NCBI GenBank assembly: GCA_002269645.1
Contig: NIVC01000010.1
Coordinates: 2,294,001-2,358,000, forward strand
Direction of reading: 5' to 3'
From: Macrostomum lignano
Lineage: Eukaryota
DNA length: 64,000 bases
The notes under the pieces are model-generated. The model did not search any database, was not told where the DNA came from, and saw only the letters and a list, made by a program, of their open reading frames with translations. This document shows, piece by piece, positions 11,411 through 24,699 of the stretch (positions are counted from its first letter, which is position 1; each line of letters begins with the position of its first letter). The translations under genes were made by a program, and so were the position numbers.

Positions 11411-13507
11411 ACAAAGTGGGCAAGATGAAAACTGTTTATCGGTCTGGCTGGAGGCTGAGGCTCCACCCCTTTTCTCTCCTGCTCGCTGTGCACACGCACT
11501 GGGATTTGGGTGCTAATTTAATGAGTCTGCTGGTAGAAGCCAGAGGCGGTTGTTTCAGCTTGAGTCTTTATTTTAATATTATCAAAAAGGTAATAATATT
11601 CATTTTTGTGACACACCTAGCTATTCTAGAATCAGTAATTTTGCTTGCTTATCGATTTTACATAATTAACAAGCGATGAAGTGAGTTATTTTCACGCGTA
11701 AATTATTCGCACTTTTATTACTTTGACCATGCAATACTGTACTACGAGTATAATTTAGTAAAAAAAACTTCAATATGTACTTTTACAGTATTTTGCATTT
11801 GTTGAATAATAAAATCTTTGTAAATTAAACCAACGGATAAACTGATTTTTATGTAGCTATTGCATGGCTATTAGTTGCTATTATTGCTGATTAATTTCTA
11901 ATGCATTTTATTTGACAGTTTTTATATTGTCTAGCATTTTGCTAACGTCTGATTTTTGTTGTCTGTAAAGCTTGCAATGAATAAAAGTGTTTATGTTCAG
12001 TTTTTTCTTACTAAAATAATAATAATTTAATGGTTTGTGTCTCTTCTCTCCCCTCCTCTCTCTCGTCTCCTGGTATCTCCCTCTTCTCTCCGCTCTTTCT
12101 TTGCTCCCTTCTCTTCTCATCTTCCATATACCCTCTCCTAGCTAAAAATATCAGCCGACCCCTGCTGGTTTAGGGAATTATATCAGTGACACCAAAAGGT
12201 AGGCCTAGATGTATTGACGTCCAAATTCGATACCCCCTAATCTCGATTCTCAGAGACTTTGAGCACACTCAGCACTTTTAAAGTACATTTTAATGAGCTC
12301 ATTGCGGCCTAGAACTGCACAAGGGATAGCTGTGATGAGCTTGCTCTATTACGCGCGAGTATATGAGCACTCTAAGAGAGAAGTATTGCAATCGGTCTGA
12401 AAGTTCATTCTCCAGTAGCCATGCAGTTTCACCCTCTCCCTGTCCCCCTTCCCTCTACCATGTCTCCCTCACAGTCTCCCTCTTTGTCTCTCCCCTATAT
12501 CCCTCTCCAGTCTCCCTCCCTATAAAATTGCCTTCGATTGCGCTCAGCCCTGCAAGGCCTTGTGGTTCAATCTTTAACGGCAAAACTTAAACTGCACAAC
12601 TATATAAAATACGTCAATAGAGTAACATTCTGTGCATGCTTAATTTAAGTACATGTAATGGTAATCTTGACTGCTCTTGATCAGCACCGATTCTGCGATG
12701 GAAAAAGATTCTTTCCTGTTTTCGTACATGTAGTATACTCGTATTTTTCCATAAAATTGACTTGAATTAATGATCTTTGAGTTTTGCGCTCTATTATACT
12801 GCATTCGTCCTTGGAGATTCATCGATCTAGAGTCCTCTGAGAGCTGTTCTGTCTCTGACTCGTAGATATTGAAGATCTCAGCTAAATAGGTTGTACACCA
12901 GAAGTTGCATGCATCAATCAACTGTGATAAAATTTGACATTTAGCATGATTTTAGCCACCCAAAGTTAGTAATTCTAAAAATGTCTGAAATTCGAGTTAT
13001 ATCCTCTTATTCTATAATTTGGAAAGTTCTGCTTTAATGAATTAAACTGAATTTCATATTTAAAATTAGCGCTGAAAAAAGATAAAATTATTTAATGCAC
13101 TCTTTATTATTCTTTATTACTACTTGTCACCTGTTACTAAGTATTTAATTTAGTAATTTTCATGTGGAAATGTAGGGAGTTTAGATACAGTTTTTGTTTT
13201 ATTGATTTTAAAACTGTTTATATGCGCTATTTAAAATTATAAAATTATTCATTTTCCTTAGAACAAACGAACGTTTTGATAATGTCGAAGTATACTAGAC
13301 TTAAGTAAAAATAAATGGGTTTCCTATTCTCTATATCATGTCGCTTGGTAATAAGTCCGAAAGATAATAAAAGCTTTATTACTCAATGCTCACGCCTCAC
13401 ATTAAAAAATCATCAAATTTCTAAATTCGATCATTGTAACTTACATTACAAATAGGCCTACAATGTAACTTGTAAGTAGAAAGTAGGGCCTAGCACTCAG
13501 GAAAACC

Positions 13508-13960
13508 GGCATAGTTCTAGTTTACTTCGTTATATTAATTTCATGTATTTTCTTGCAACCAGGGACCCATATCATCACCGACGGCTGGCTGGCCTATGCT
13601 GGGCTACAGAATCACGCGGTGGTAAACCACCGTCTACACTTTGTGGATCTGGCTGACCCAACGGTGCACACAAACCACATCGAGGGGACGTGGGCCCTGG
13701 CCAAGAGGCGCCTGTGCGCCATGCATGGAATGAGCAACGTGCATTTTAAGGCTCATCTCAAGGAGTAGCCTACATCCGGTGGCGGCGCCACATGTACCAT
13801 AACAACCCCTTTGGCGCCGTGCTATAGGGGCCTATTGGGCCTCTGTTTATTATCCTGTTTAGGACTTGACTTGACCTTGAACCTGAAATTGATAGAAAAA
13901 TGGGGTAAAATAATTTAACAAAAGGCAAAGTACTATAACGAAGTAAACTAGAACTATGCC
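13508..13960 (+). mobile_element. Internally deleted Merlin (IS1595/ISXO2-like) DNA transposon, 453 bp
   Basis: Perfect 26-bp TIRs GGCATAGTTCTAGTTTACTTCGTTAT (13508-13533 and 13935-13960). 8-bp TSD matching 7/8 (GGAAAACC / AGAAAACC). Internal transposase fragment. Confidence 0.9.
13553..13827 (+). pseudogene. C-terminal fragment of a Merlin/ISXO2-like DDE transposase, frameshifted
   Basis: PGTHIITDGWLAY..VNH..FVD..VHTNHIEGTW..K matches the ISXO2-like motif. After a frameshift near 13765 it continues YIRWRRHMYHNNPF. The first catalytic Asp and the N-terminus are absent. Confidence 0.88.
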
Positions 13961-16761
13961 AGAAAACCATTTGGGTTAAAATGAGGTTCACAAAGCAAAA
14001 ATGCAGTAATGGCTAATAATAATAGTAGGCCTAGCTATAATTAAAAGCAAATATTCAAGTAATAGTAGGCCTAAAGCTTTAAGATTATTTAATTAGAAAT
14101 GGATTTCATTGTTAGAATATTAACAGCAGGTGAGCTGTGAGCAGGGTACTTATAACTTGTTATTTGCATAGTACCGCATAAGTAAGTCCTAGTAGGCCTA
14201 CTGTCATTATTTACAATTTACATGGTAACTAAAAACTAGTAGGGCCTATAAAAACTATTTTATATATTGTATAGTAATGCCTATATCTATGGTGGTCTAG
14301 ACAGTTATTTGACTATAAATCTATCATTTTGATAGCAAATGAGTTGCATTATTGTTTGTTTCTATTGCAAACCCTTCATACTTTGTATTATTAATACTAT
14401 GAGTACTACAAGCTAATAAATAATGCTAAGCTATTTATTAACATATATAAATCACACTTAAACTCCATCTACCAACTTTTGTTAGGCCTAGTTAAAATTC
14501 ATAATGAAAATACAAAATACAAAATACAGGCTTAAATATTTAGTACCTGATTGGATAATTAATTATTTATAAGGTATTTTTTCAATTATCATGTTAATAA
14601 CACTGGCAATATTTACACAATATTATATAAATGCAAATAATGATTGCCTATTAATAGCCTTGGTCATGCCCACAGTGGACTTGGACCTTGGTTCTAGGCT
14701 TATTTCTAATATTTTTATAAATGACTATAATAAACTATGTAATTGATTATTGTTAATTATAAATTGTCAATTCAAAATCAATAATAATGATCAATTAGAG
14801 GATACCTATCAAACTATAATAGCAGATTTTTAGGAAGAGGGAGATGCATAGGCCATAATCAAAAGACAAAAAGGTAGGGAGGGGCCTAGTAAATAGATTT
14901 TATCAAAGTCAAAGTCTAGTGCAAATAGCTTAGGCTAAGGCTAATATTTATCTTTTGTACTTGGCACATTCAGTGTATTAATTATAGCAATATTACCAAT
15001 ATTAACAATAATAATATAATAAATAGAGAGCTTAGCCCTAAGTATAATGAATTATTGTGACTTTCTAACAATTGTTAGGCCTAATTGTATTTTATTACAA
15101 ATATAAGACTATTCAAAGACATTTCAAGTTCAAGGTTCAAATTCAGTTCAATTTGGATAAAAATATAGCTATTGCAACTGCAAGTGATTAAGTCTAAAAA
15201 TAACAATAAATTTATAAATTGCTTTTAAAAATTTAAGTTCATTTTTAGGAAAGTTTGTTTTTGGGATATAAAAACACTAAGTAGTAGTATATAGGCCTAG
15301 TGCAAGTGCAAGGAATAAAATTGCTTTGGGGCACATTGTCTAAAGAAAAAATATAAATTTACTCTTGCTAAAATAATGCACTCTTTTGCATTTGACTAGG
15401 CCTATGGCATACAAAGTATATGCTCCCTATCAAGTTTGATTTTTTTCCATAGGAATATAATCCTATAGGTACAAAGTACATTGCAGAGGTTATTTAAAAT
15501 TTGGCAGGTTATTCCAATTGAAAAATTGATTTTATACTAAAATATTGCCTTTTACTATAGTCTATTAGGCTTAGTTTAGAGACTTAAGTAAGATTTTAAA
15601 AGCTGAAAGTTTTGAATTTTTTTCTTTCAAAACTCAGTGGCTAGCAATTTTTCACCTTATTTATTCAGTTTTTTTGTCAAAATTTAGCATAATGGCAAAA
15701 AAATTGCTATGCCATTTTTAATTTCAATATGCCATTGGCATAAAATGTAAAATAGCACTTTGTAAGCCCATATTGGTATAGATAAACATAATGGAAATGC
15801 AAGATAGAATTTGTTGATTCCAATTACAAAAGCACATGATGAAATGCAACTTGCTATTGATCATAAAGTGCAAGTTGTAAGCCGTGCAACTGTCATGACA
15901 AACAAGGTAATATTTGAACAAAGTTAAAAGCAAAACTAAAATTTGAATTTGGATTCAGGATTGGCAATTTGGCTATGGTATAATGGCAAAAAATGGTTAT
16001 ATCATTTTGGCAAAACAGTATCAAAATCATTCTGCCATTTTTAATTTTGACATGTCATAACATGCCTTTGACACAAAAAACCCAGCTTATTTATGAAATT
16101 GAATCAATCTAAAAGACCTATTTCATGCTAGAATGCATTTAGGCATTGCATAGAAAAGGTAACATGCTATAATATAAAATTAAGTTGGCATAATAGTCGG
16201 GCTTAGATTGTTAGCAAGGATAATATATAATAACTGGATGGTGCTAAAGCATGCTTAAATTTTGCTTAAGTAAAGTTTTTTTAGAAAGAAAATAATTTAA
16301 TTTGTAAGCTTTTACTTTTTTACTCTTGTTCACTTTGTCTGTGCAAGTTCCAAAATAATGTGATTTAATTCTGTGGGATTCATTATATGTATATAACAGG
16401 CTTTTTTGTCTTTAGTAGTAATAATTGTAACTAAACCACCATGTAACTTGTAGCTAGCTTTATATATTCCCTATTGGAATAAATGTTGAAAAAGAGTCAG
16501 ATTATTTTAAAATTTTGTAACAACTCTAAGCATTATACAAGAAATCACAAGTGTATAGGCCCCTTCAACAAAGGTATTAGACCCTCTTCCATGTGTATTT
16601 TTTTGCTAAAGCAGCAGCCAGCAAGTAAAAGCAGCATGCGCACAAGCGCTGCGTGCCTGTGTGCGCACTGCACAATTTTACAACTTTTTCCTATAGGGTA
16701 TATATTGACTTTTAAATGTGGAAAATTAATTGTCATTGATGGCCACAGCCATTAATTAGCC

Positions 16762-17615
16762 ATGCCAGTCTACAATATTATGATAATTAACAATGCTGGT
16801 GCCCTAGTCTATACCTACACTGATCAGAGTCGGCTATTGAGCTCTGCTAATGAGCTAGAAAAAACTTATAGCTATCCTTTGGAGCCAGTCATTGAGGTGC
16901 AGGTAAGGATCTGCATAATCTCTATTGTATTGTAAAGTTATGAAATATGTTAGAAAGTCATTGATTGGTTAGTTCATAGTTGAGGTCTACATAAGACCTC
17001 ATGACCTTGTCTGTGCCTTGTTCGTCGGCACTGATAACATCCAATTAAATTGAATATTGTAATCGCCAGGACTCGCGCTGTTGCGTCGTGTTCGGCGAAG
17101 CTGATGGCGTCAGGATCGGTCACTGCGTTCTGGCTGTGAACGGCACCAACGTGCAGGCAGGCCGGCCGACTCTGCTAGAGAATGGACAAGAAGTCATGTC
17201 AGTTCTAGCTAACCCGGCCAGCTATCCTGTTAGTATTAAATTTGGCAAGCTAAAGTTGACAGCTAATGAGCGGATTAATCTAGCTGGCATGTTTCACAGT
17301 ATCTACGCTATCACGGCTAAGTTGTCGCCAGTTGCCGGGTCATCCGGCCTGCAGCTGTTGGAGACTGACGCTTACCGACTGCACTGCCTGCAAACTGTCA
17401 CGGGTGTTAAGATTCTAGTCATCACCGATCCCAAGCAGGCCAATGTTAACCAAGTATTAAAACGAATCTACGAAATTTACGCCGATTACGCTTTGAAGAA
17501 TCCATTCTTTACTATGCAGGGCATGAATATTAATTTCACATTGTTTGAAGAGGCTGTACAGTCTATGCTGAGGCATCTGGACAAGTTTGGCAACTTGACT
17601 AATTTGGCACCTTGA
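16762..17615 (+). CDS. TRAPPC4: Trafficking protein particle complex subunit 4 (synbindin/Trs23); join(16762..16902,17070..17615), 228 aa
   Basis: IINNAGALVY, EKTYSYPL, DGVRIGHCVLAVNG, NPASYPVSIKFG, MFHSIYAI..KLSP, QTVTGVK and YEIYADYALKNPF match TRAPPC4. One phase-0 GT-AG intron. Confidence 0.96.
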
Positions 17616-17848
17616 TTGAGTGTTCTGTCGGTCGCCAATTGTTTCTATCGATTCTGCGTTTTTTAAAAAGGCGGTCAAGTTTGGTCTGGCTGCAGTAATG
17701 GAAAATCATGAAAAATTGGATAGCATTTCGTTAGTTTCTCTTCTCTTAGAATGGTGTCTTTCTACCTGAGTGACATTAATATTCGTAGGTATCCCATTCC
17801 ACAAGTGACATTTCGGGATTTCCACTTTGAACTGAGTACCTCTTCCGA

Positions 17849-18790
17849 GAGTGACATCTGAGACTATTCCCTCCCCAGAGTGAAATCTGAGATTATTCCC
17901 TCCCCAGAGTGAAATCTGAGATTATTCCCTCCGAGAGTGACATCTGAGACTATCCCATCCTAGAGTGACATCTGAGACTATCCCATCCTAGAGTGACATC
18001 TGAGACTATTCCCTCCCCAGAGTGAAATCTGAGATTATTCCCTCCGAGAGTGACATCTGAGACTATCCCATCCCAGAGTGACATCTGAGACTATCACATC
18101 CTAAGAGTGACATCTGAGACTATCCCATCCTAGAGTGACATCTGAGACTATTCCCTCCCCAGAGTGAAATCTGAGATTATTCCCTCCGAGAGTGACATCT
18201 GAGACTATCCCATCCCAGAGTGACATCTGAGACTATCACATCCTAAGAGTGACATCTGAGACTATCCCATCCTAGAGTGACATCTGAGACTATCCCATCC
18301 TAGAGTTATTAGGGTGACATCTGGGACTATTCCCTCCCGAGAGAGACATCTGAGATTATTCCCTCCTAGAGTGACATCTGAGACTATTATCTTCTGAGAG
18401 TGATATCTGAGACTATTCCCTCTGAGAGTGACATCTGGGACTATCCCTTCCGAGAGTGACATCTGAGACTATTCTCTTGCGAGAGTGATATCTGAGACTA
18501 TTCTCTTGCGAGAGTGATATCTGAGACTATTCCCTCCGAGAGTGATATGATATCTGAGACTATTCTCTTCCGAGAGTGATATCTGAGACTATCCCTTCCG
18601 AGAGTGACATCTGGGACTATTCCTTCCGAGAGAGACATCTGAGACTATCCCTTCCGAGAGTGACATCTGAGACTATTCTCTTCCGAGAGTGATATCTGAG
18701 ACTATTCTCTTTCGAGAGTGATATCTGAGACTATTCCCCCTCGAGAGCGACATCTGAGACTATTCTCCCGAGAGTGACGTCTGAGACTAT
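17849..18790. repeat. 28-29-bp minisatellite (GAGTGACATCTGAGACTATYCCHTCC)
   Basis: Tandem copies read directly, 3' of TRAPPC4. Confidence 0.95.
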
Positions 18791-20213
18791 GTTTTATGTT
18801 GAAAATCTATATCACCAAGGCATGCACTGCATACTCGATGCATGTCTGTAAAAAACATTTCCCTATGTATTATTTTACTTATTATGGTTATAATTATGAA
18901 CAAATGCTCGAATAGTAATATGAATTATAATGATTCTATTGTTATATTAATGATTAACCCTGCCTGTTTATGCAACTGTGCCATTTTAATTTTGATACGA
19001 CTAAATGCCTGTTTGCAGTAATATACATTTGTTGAATGTCAATTTCGTGTTAATATCAGATATCTTTAGTCGATTTAATATTCAAGTTTATATATATTGA
19101 AAATGTCATTGATTCCTTATCGTAGTAAAACAAGTAGTTTTGTTGTGAGTTAATTTCTATTACTAATAAAAGTGCAGATCTTATCTTTACACCCACGCAA
19201 CAGCTATAATAGAGATTAACAGAGCTGAATAGGGAGGGGTGTGCAGAGAGCGGCTTAGTCAGCCACCCCATGATTCCCAAAGTGGGCAATGGGAGCAAAT
19301 GTGAGGAAGGCTGAGCGATTAATATTAGAACCAAATTCTTTTCCGTTCTGGCTTTTTGGCTTTCTTCTAGTAGGAGCCAATCAACTTTAATCCGCGTTCT
19401 TCCCCCCCCCCCTAGCTTCGTGCATATATTGTTCCCATGGTTACTCAGTCAGCCAATGGGATTTAGTAATAACTCTGTAGTTTTCTTCTAGGATCTATGC
19501 TAGACTAGAGACAGGGTGAGAGAGAGATAAAATGTCCATCCAATGTGCATGCGAGATTGTACAGTGTCTGTCTATCTAGTCTGTCGTATCTGTACCAGTG
19601 CACAGATAGACAGACTGGCAGGTAGGTACAGAAGAAGGTAGGCGTGTAAGACCGCGCCCTTACCTCCGCAGCAACTCTCCTCTCCCTTCAGCGCCTTTAG
19701 ATAGACCGTTTTTAGATTGTTTTTTGAAGTGTTTGCCTGGGGAATTCAGTTTAGGTAAGTGGGCGTTGGTTAGCTGGATGACTAGGTACTAGGGGGACTG
19801 TTTTAGGGTTATTTAGCAGCTAAAATCAAGTTTCAGGTTATAGCAAACTGAAACAATAGCAATAAATTGTTTAATAAATTAGCAAATGCACTGCAGTTAG
19901 GGTTTGAGATTTTATATAGTACTTCTTCAGGTCTGTCTCTGTCTTTCCTGCCCTCTCATCGCTATCTAGATCCTAAATTTATATATATGTAATATTAGCT
20001 TGAGTTTAAGTGCCGAACTGTCTTTTTTAGAAAGAAACAATTGAATCCTAATTTTTCTGTCTCTTAATTTAAATATTCTTTCTGAATCTGTAGAGCAGAG
20101 CAGCAAGAAAGCATGCTGGTTTAAATTAATTTGAAATTGAAAGAAAGAAAGAACTTCTCTCTCTCTCGTGTAAAGAAAACTTGACAGTTGGGTAATTTTG
20201 CCCCACTGAATAC

Positions 20214-23200
20214 ATGGATCCAGGCGACAGGCAGCCACCTGTGGCCGGTATGATGTATTCGCCAACAGCTAACACTCCTGGTGCTTGGTTCAGTCCGCCT
20301 CCCGGACTGTGTCTTGAAGAATTCTATAAGCAGTATCAGCACCAGCAACAGGCCGGCATTGTGGCCGCCTGTCCGAGTCCCGGTGAGCTGGCTCTTAGAT
20401 CTGTCTGTCTGGCTATCGTTATATTGCATTAGCTATAAAGCATCATACTGCCTTACCTGGCATATATTGCCTTACCTGTCATCATACTGTCTTACCTGTC
20501 ATCATATACTGTCTTACCTGTCATCATACTGTCTTACCTGTCATCATACACTGTCTTACCTGTCATCATACAATCTTACCTGTCATCATATACTGTCTTA
20601 CCTGTCATCATACACTGTCTTACCTGTCATCATACAATCTTACCTGTCATCATATACTGTCTTACCTGTCATCATACTGTCTTACCTGTCATCATACACT
20701 GTCTTACCTGTCATCATACAATCTTACCTGTCATCATATACTGTCTTACCTGTCATCATACTGTCTTACCTGTCATCATACACTGTCTTACCTGTCATCA
20801 TACAATCTTACCTGTCATCATACTGCCTTACCTGTCATCATATACTGTCTTACCTGTCATCATACTATCTTACCTGTCATCATACTGTCTTTACCTGGTA
20901 TCATACTGTCTTACCTGTCATCATATATTGTCCTTCCTGTCATCATACTGTCTTTACCTGGTATCATACTGTCTTACCTGTCATCATATACTGTTACCTG
21001 TCATCATATATTGTCTTACCTGTCATCACACTATCTTACCTGTCATCATACTGTCTCACCTGGAATTCTTGCTGTCTTACCTGTTTTGTCCCATCTCTTC
21101 TGAAATCGCAGACTATTTCTCAGACATTCGACTTTAATCTTTCAGTTTGTTGCGATCATACAATGTTAAGCATCATTGTGTTAACTTGCAGTCGCATTCT
21201 GTCTTCTCCACCATGAGTTCTACCGCACTAATCATAAATCTTGATCCCTACAATCTTTTGTCTGTCGCATATTTTCACGAGTGTAGCGCCGCTAAAAAAT
21301 TTTTCTTTAAAAAATTCTTTTCTACGGCAAGAACTTTGACATTTTTTTATTTCTTCTTTTGCGCAGTTCAGCCATTTAGTAGACTAAGGTTTATGTACTG
21401 GCAAACTGTAAGTTGAATTAACAATAATAATAATATTGTATAATAATTGTCCTCAGGCCTGGTGTCCATGGCCTCACCAGTTGGTTGGCCTTCAACCCCC
21501 AGCCTGCACGGCGCCCCGACTTACATCGCCTCCCCCGGCTCGCCGCTGCCACCATCATTTTCATTCTTGACCGCCGCCGGTCTGAACAATAACCGCCTGT
21601 TTCCAAGGCAACAGGCTCAGCCGGTGCAGCATCATCTGTATCGATCCGCTGCGACTGACGCTCAGGTTCAATGCTGTCTTAGCAGTCAGTCATCGCTATG
21701 GAATCAATGCAATATAACAGATGCATCAACTCAAACAGTTGACTATGCTCAACTCTGGTGCTCAAATTGCGCCTGTCAGCTTCAACCAAGCGAAGATTAT
21801 GAATATCAACAACAGCAGCAGCAACAACCGCAAGACAGTTTAGAAGATGACGGCTATCTGGGCGACCAGTACACAGATGAAGAAGTGGATATTGAGACTG
21901 AAGATTCTAAAGATTGTTTATACTTGTCTTCTGCCTCTAATAATAACAATAACAACAACAGTAGCGCCAGCGCCAATGTTAATCTGGCCTCATCAAATTC
22001 CACAATATTTGCCATTGATTCGGAGCAATCAGAGCAGGATAGACAGCTGCAGTTCCAGTCACTGCTTGGTCAGCAACAGTCTCGGCGTCAGATTGGCGTT
22101 GTCAGGGCTCGATTGAGAAGCGAAGAACGCGACTCAGCAGCCTCAGCCTCGTCATCTATGGAAGCTGCGACTTCATCAACATCGGCTATTGTTGTTGAAG
22201 CGAAATCTGCTAGCAGAGGCCAGCGCCAATGGGACATCCTGTGCGCAGTTGCTGGCTTACTGCAACAAGTCGACCTGCTGCAGTTGGACGAAGACCAACA
22301 ACAGTGTCTTGAGGCTGCAGACATTGCCGTTAATTCTGTAGATAATCTTGGCTGCAGATACGATACTAAACCGGTTAGCCGGGTGGACTTAAGCGCCGGG
22401 TCTAAGCTCATTCCTGACGCTAAAGACTGCGAACAACTAGTTGCACAGATTGAAGCTCTGTGGCGTCGGATACAGCAGAGTCGGAGTCTGCTGAAGTCTT
22501 CCAGCCGCGGCCGGCACAGCCATGCCAGCAGGTCCAGGCATCGAAGCGACGCGGTTGTGGCCGCCTCAGCTTCGGCTGGCAGCAGCGGGAGCGACGGTGG
22601 CGACGCCTTTAGCCCGTTCGCATCCTCTGTACACATGCTGGCCTTCTGCGCTAGCGAGCAGAAACAGCGGCCGGTCAGTCAGAAAACCATTCACCAATCT
22701 GCTGATGCTGAAGCTGAGGTGCACGGCTGCCCGACTATCGGTGAGTCTCTTAATTATTCCCTTGATTCTAGTGTTTGAAATTCCCTCCTTGAAGTTCCCT
22801 CTCTGTGAGATTCCCTCCTTGAAGTTCCCTCTCTGTGAGATTCCCTCCTTGAAGTTCCCTTTCTGTGAGATTCCCTCCTTAAAGTTCCCTTTCTGTGAGA
22901 TTCCATCCTTGAAGTTCCCTCTCTGTGAGATTCCCTCCATGAAGTTCCCTTTCTGTGAGATTCCCTATTTGAAATTCCCTCTCTGTGAGATTCCCTATTT
23001 GAAATTCCCTCTCTGTGAGATTCCCTCCCTGAAGCTTCCTCTCTGTTAGATTCCCTCCTTGAAGTTTCCTCTCTGTGAGATTCCCTCCACGAAGTTCCCT
23101 CTCTGTGAGATTCCCTCCATGAAGTTCCCTCTCTGTGAGATTCCCTCCTTGAAGTTCCCTTTCTGTGAGATTCCCTCCTTAAAGTTCCCTTTCTGTGAGA

Positions 23201-24611
23201 TTCCATCCTTGAAGTTCCCTCTCTGTGAGATTCCCTCCATGAAGTTCCCTTTCTGTGAGATTCCCTATTTGAAATTCCCTCTCTGTGAGATTCCCTATTT
23301 GAAATTCCCTCTCTGTGAGATTCCCTCCCTGAAGCTTCCTCTCTGTTAGATTCCCTCCTTGAAGTTTCCTCTCTGTGAGATTCCCTCCATGAAGTTCCCT
23401 CTCTGTGAGATTCCCTCCATGAAGTTCCCTTTCTGTGAGATTCCCTATTTGAAATTCCCTCTCTGTGAGATTCCCTCCTTGAAGTTCCCTGCCTGTGAGA
23501 TTCCCTCCTTGAAGTTCCCTCTGTGTGAGATTCTCTCCTTGAAGTTCCCTCTCTGTGAGATTCCCTCCTTGAAGTTCCCTCTCGGTGAGATTCCCTCCTT
23601 GAAGTTCCCTCCCTGTGAGATTCCCTTCTTGAAGTTCCCTCTCTGTGAGATTCCCTCCTTGAAGTTCCCTCTGTGTGAGATTCTCTCCTTGAAGTTTCCT
23701 CTCTGTGAGATTCCCTCCTTGAAGTTCCCTGTCTGTGAGATTCCCTCCTTGAAATTCCCTCTCTGTGAGATTCCCTCCTTGAAGTTCCCTCTCTGTGAGA
23801 TTCCCTCCATGAAGTTCCCTTTCTGTGAGATACCATCCTTGAAGTTCCCTGTCTGTGAGATTCCCTCCTTGAAGTTCCCTCTCTGTGAGATTCCCTCCTT
23901 GAAGTTCCCTTTCTGTGAGATTCCCTTCTTGAAGTTCCCTTTGTGTGAGATCCCCTCCTTGAATATTCCTCTCTGCTAGATCTTAAAAATCCCCTTCTTT
24001 TGAACTCCCTAATTGAAACCCGTGTCAAATCCCTTCTCCGCGTAAACCCCTTCAGTCTCTGTTCTTTACATTCTCCCTCTCACCTGTCTCTTTATTATAT
24101 CGCTTCAGATCGCATGGCCACCAAGTCCAAATCAAAGCTTGCCAGTTCTGCATCAACTGCCTACAAACCCGCGACCGCATCGACGTCAGCGGCTTCTGCT
24201 AGTGCCACTTCCCCTAACCGTACTACTTGCTCTACTGCTAGCAATAGTAGTAGCAATAGAAAGCGTCGCTATAATAGCAGCGGTAGCGAAAGTAAACAAC
24301 AGCGAAAAAATCAATTTCTGCAACAACAACAACAGCAAGAGCAGCAGCAAGAACAACAGCAGCAAGATGCCGGGCCGCCAACGCCAGAATTGCGCAGCTG
24401 TCAGCTCGCTGAGAACGATCTTCGCGATGGCCAGCGACTTCTGGTCTCCCAGGCTGATGCTGTCGATGGTGGCGCCACCGCCGGCGGCCTGTGGTATTCT
24501 GGCGTGCTGAAGGAGGTGCAACCGCCGGACGTGTACCGGGTGTCTTTGAACGGGTCGCCCAGGAGCCGGCACCAGTATTTCACCAGGGAGGAGCTGCTGT
24601 GCCAGGCAAGA

Positions 24612-24642
<31 letters not shown>

Positions 24643-24656
24643 CTATCTATCTATCC

Positions 24657-24699
<43 letters not shown>

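Noticed and set aside
19566-19615. 12-bp inverted repeat upstream of the BAH gene
   Set aside because: Built from GTCT/ATCT low-complexity sequence with no TSD; likely chance.
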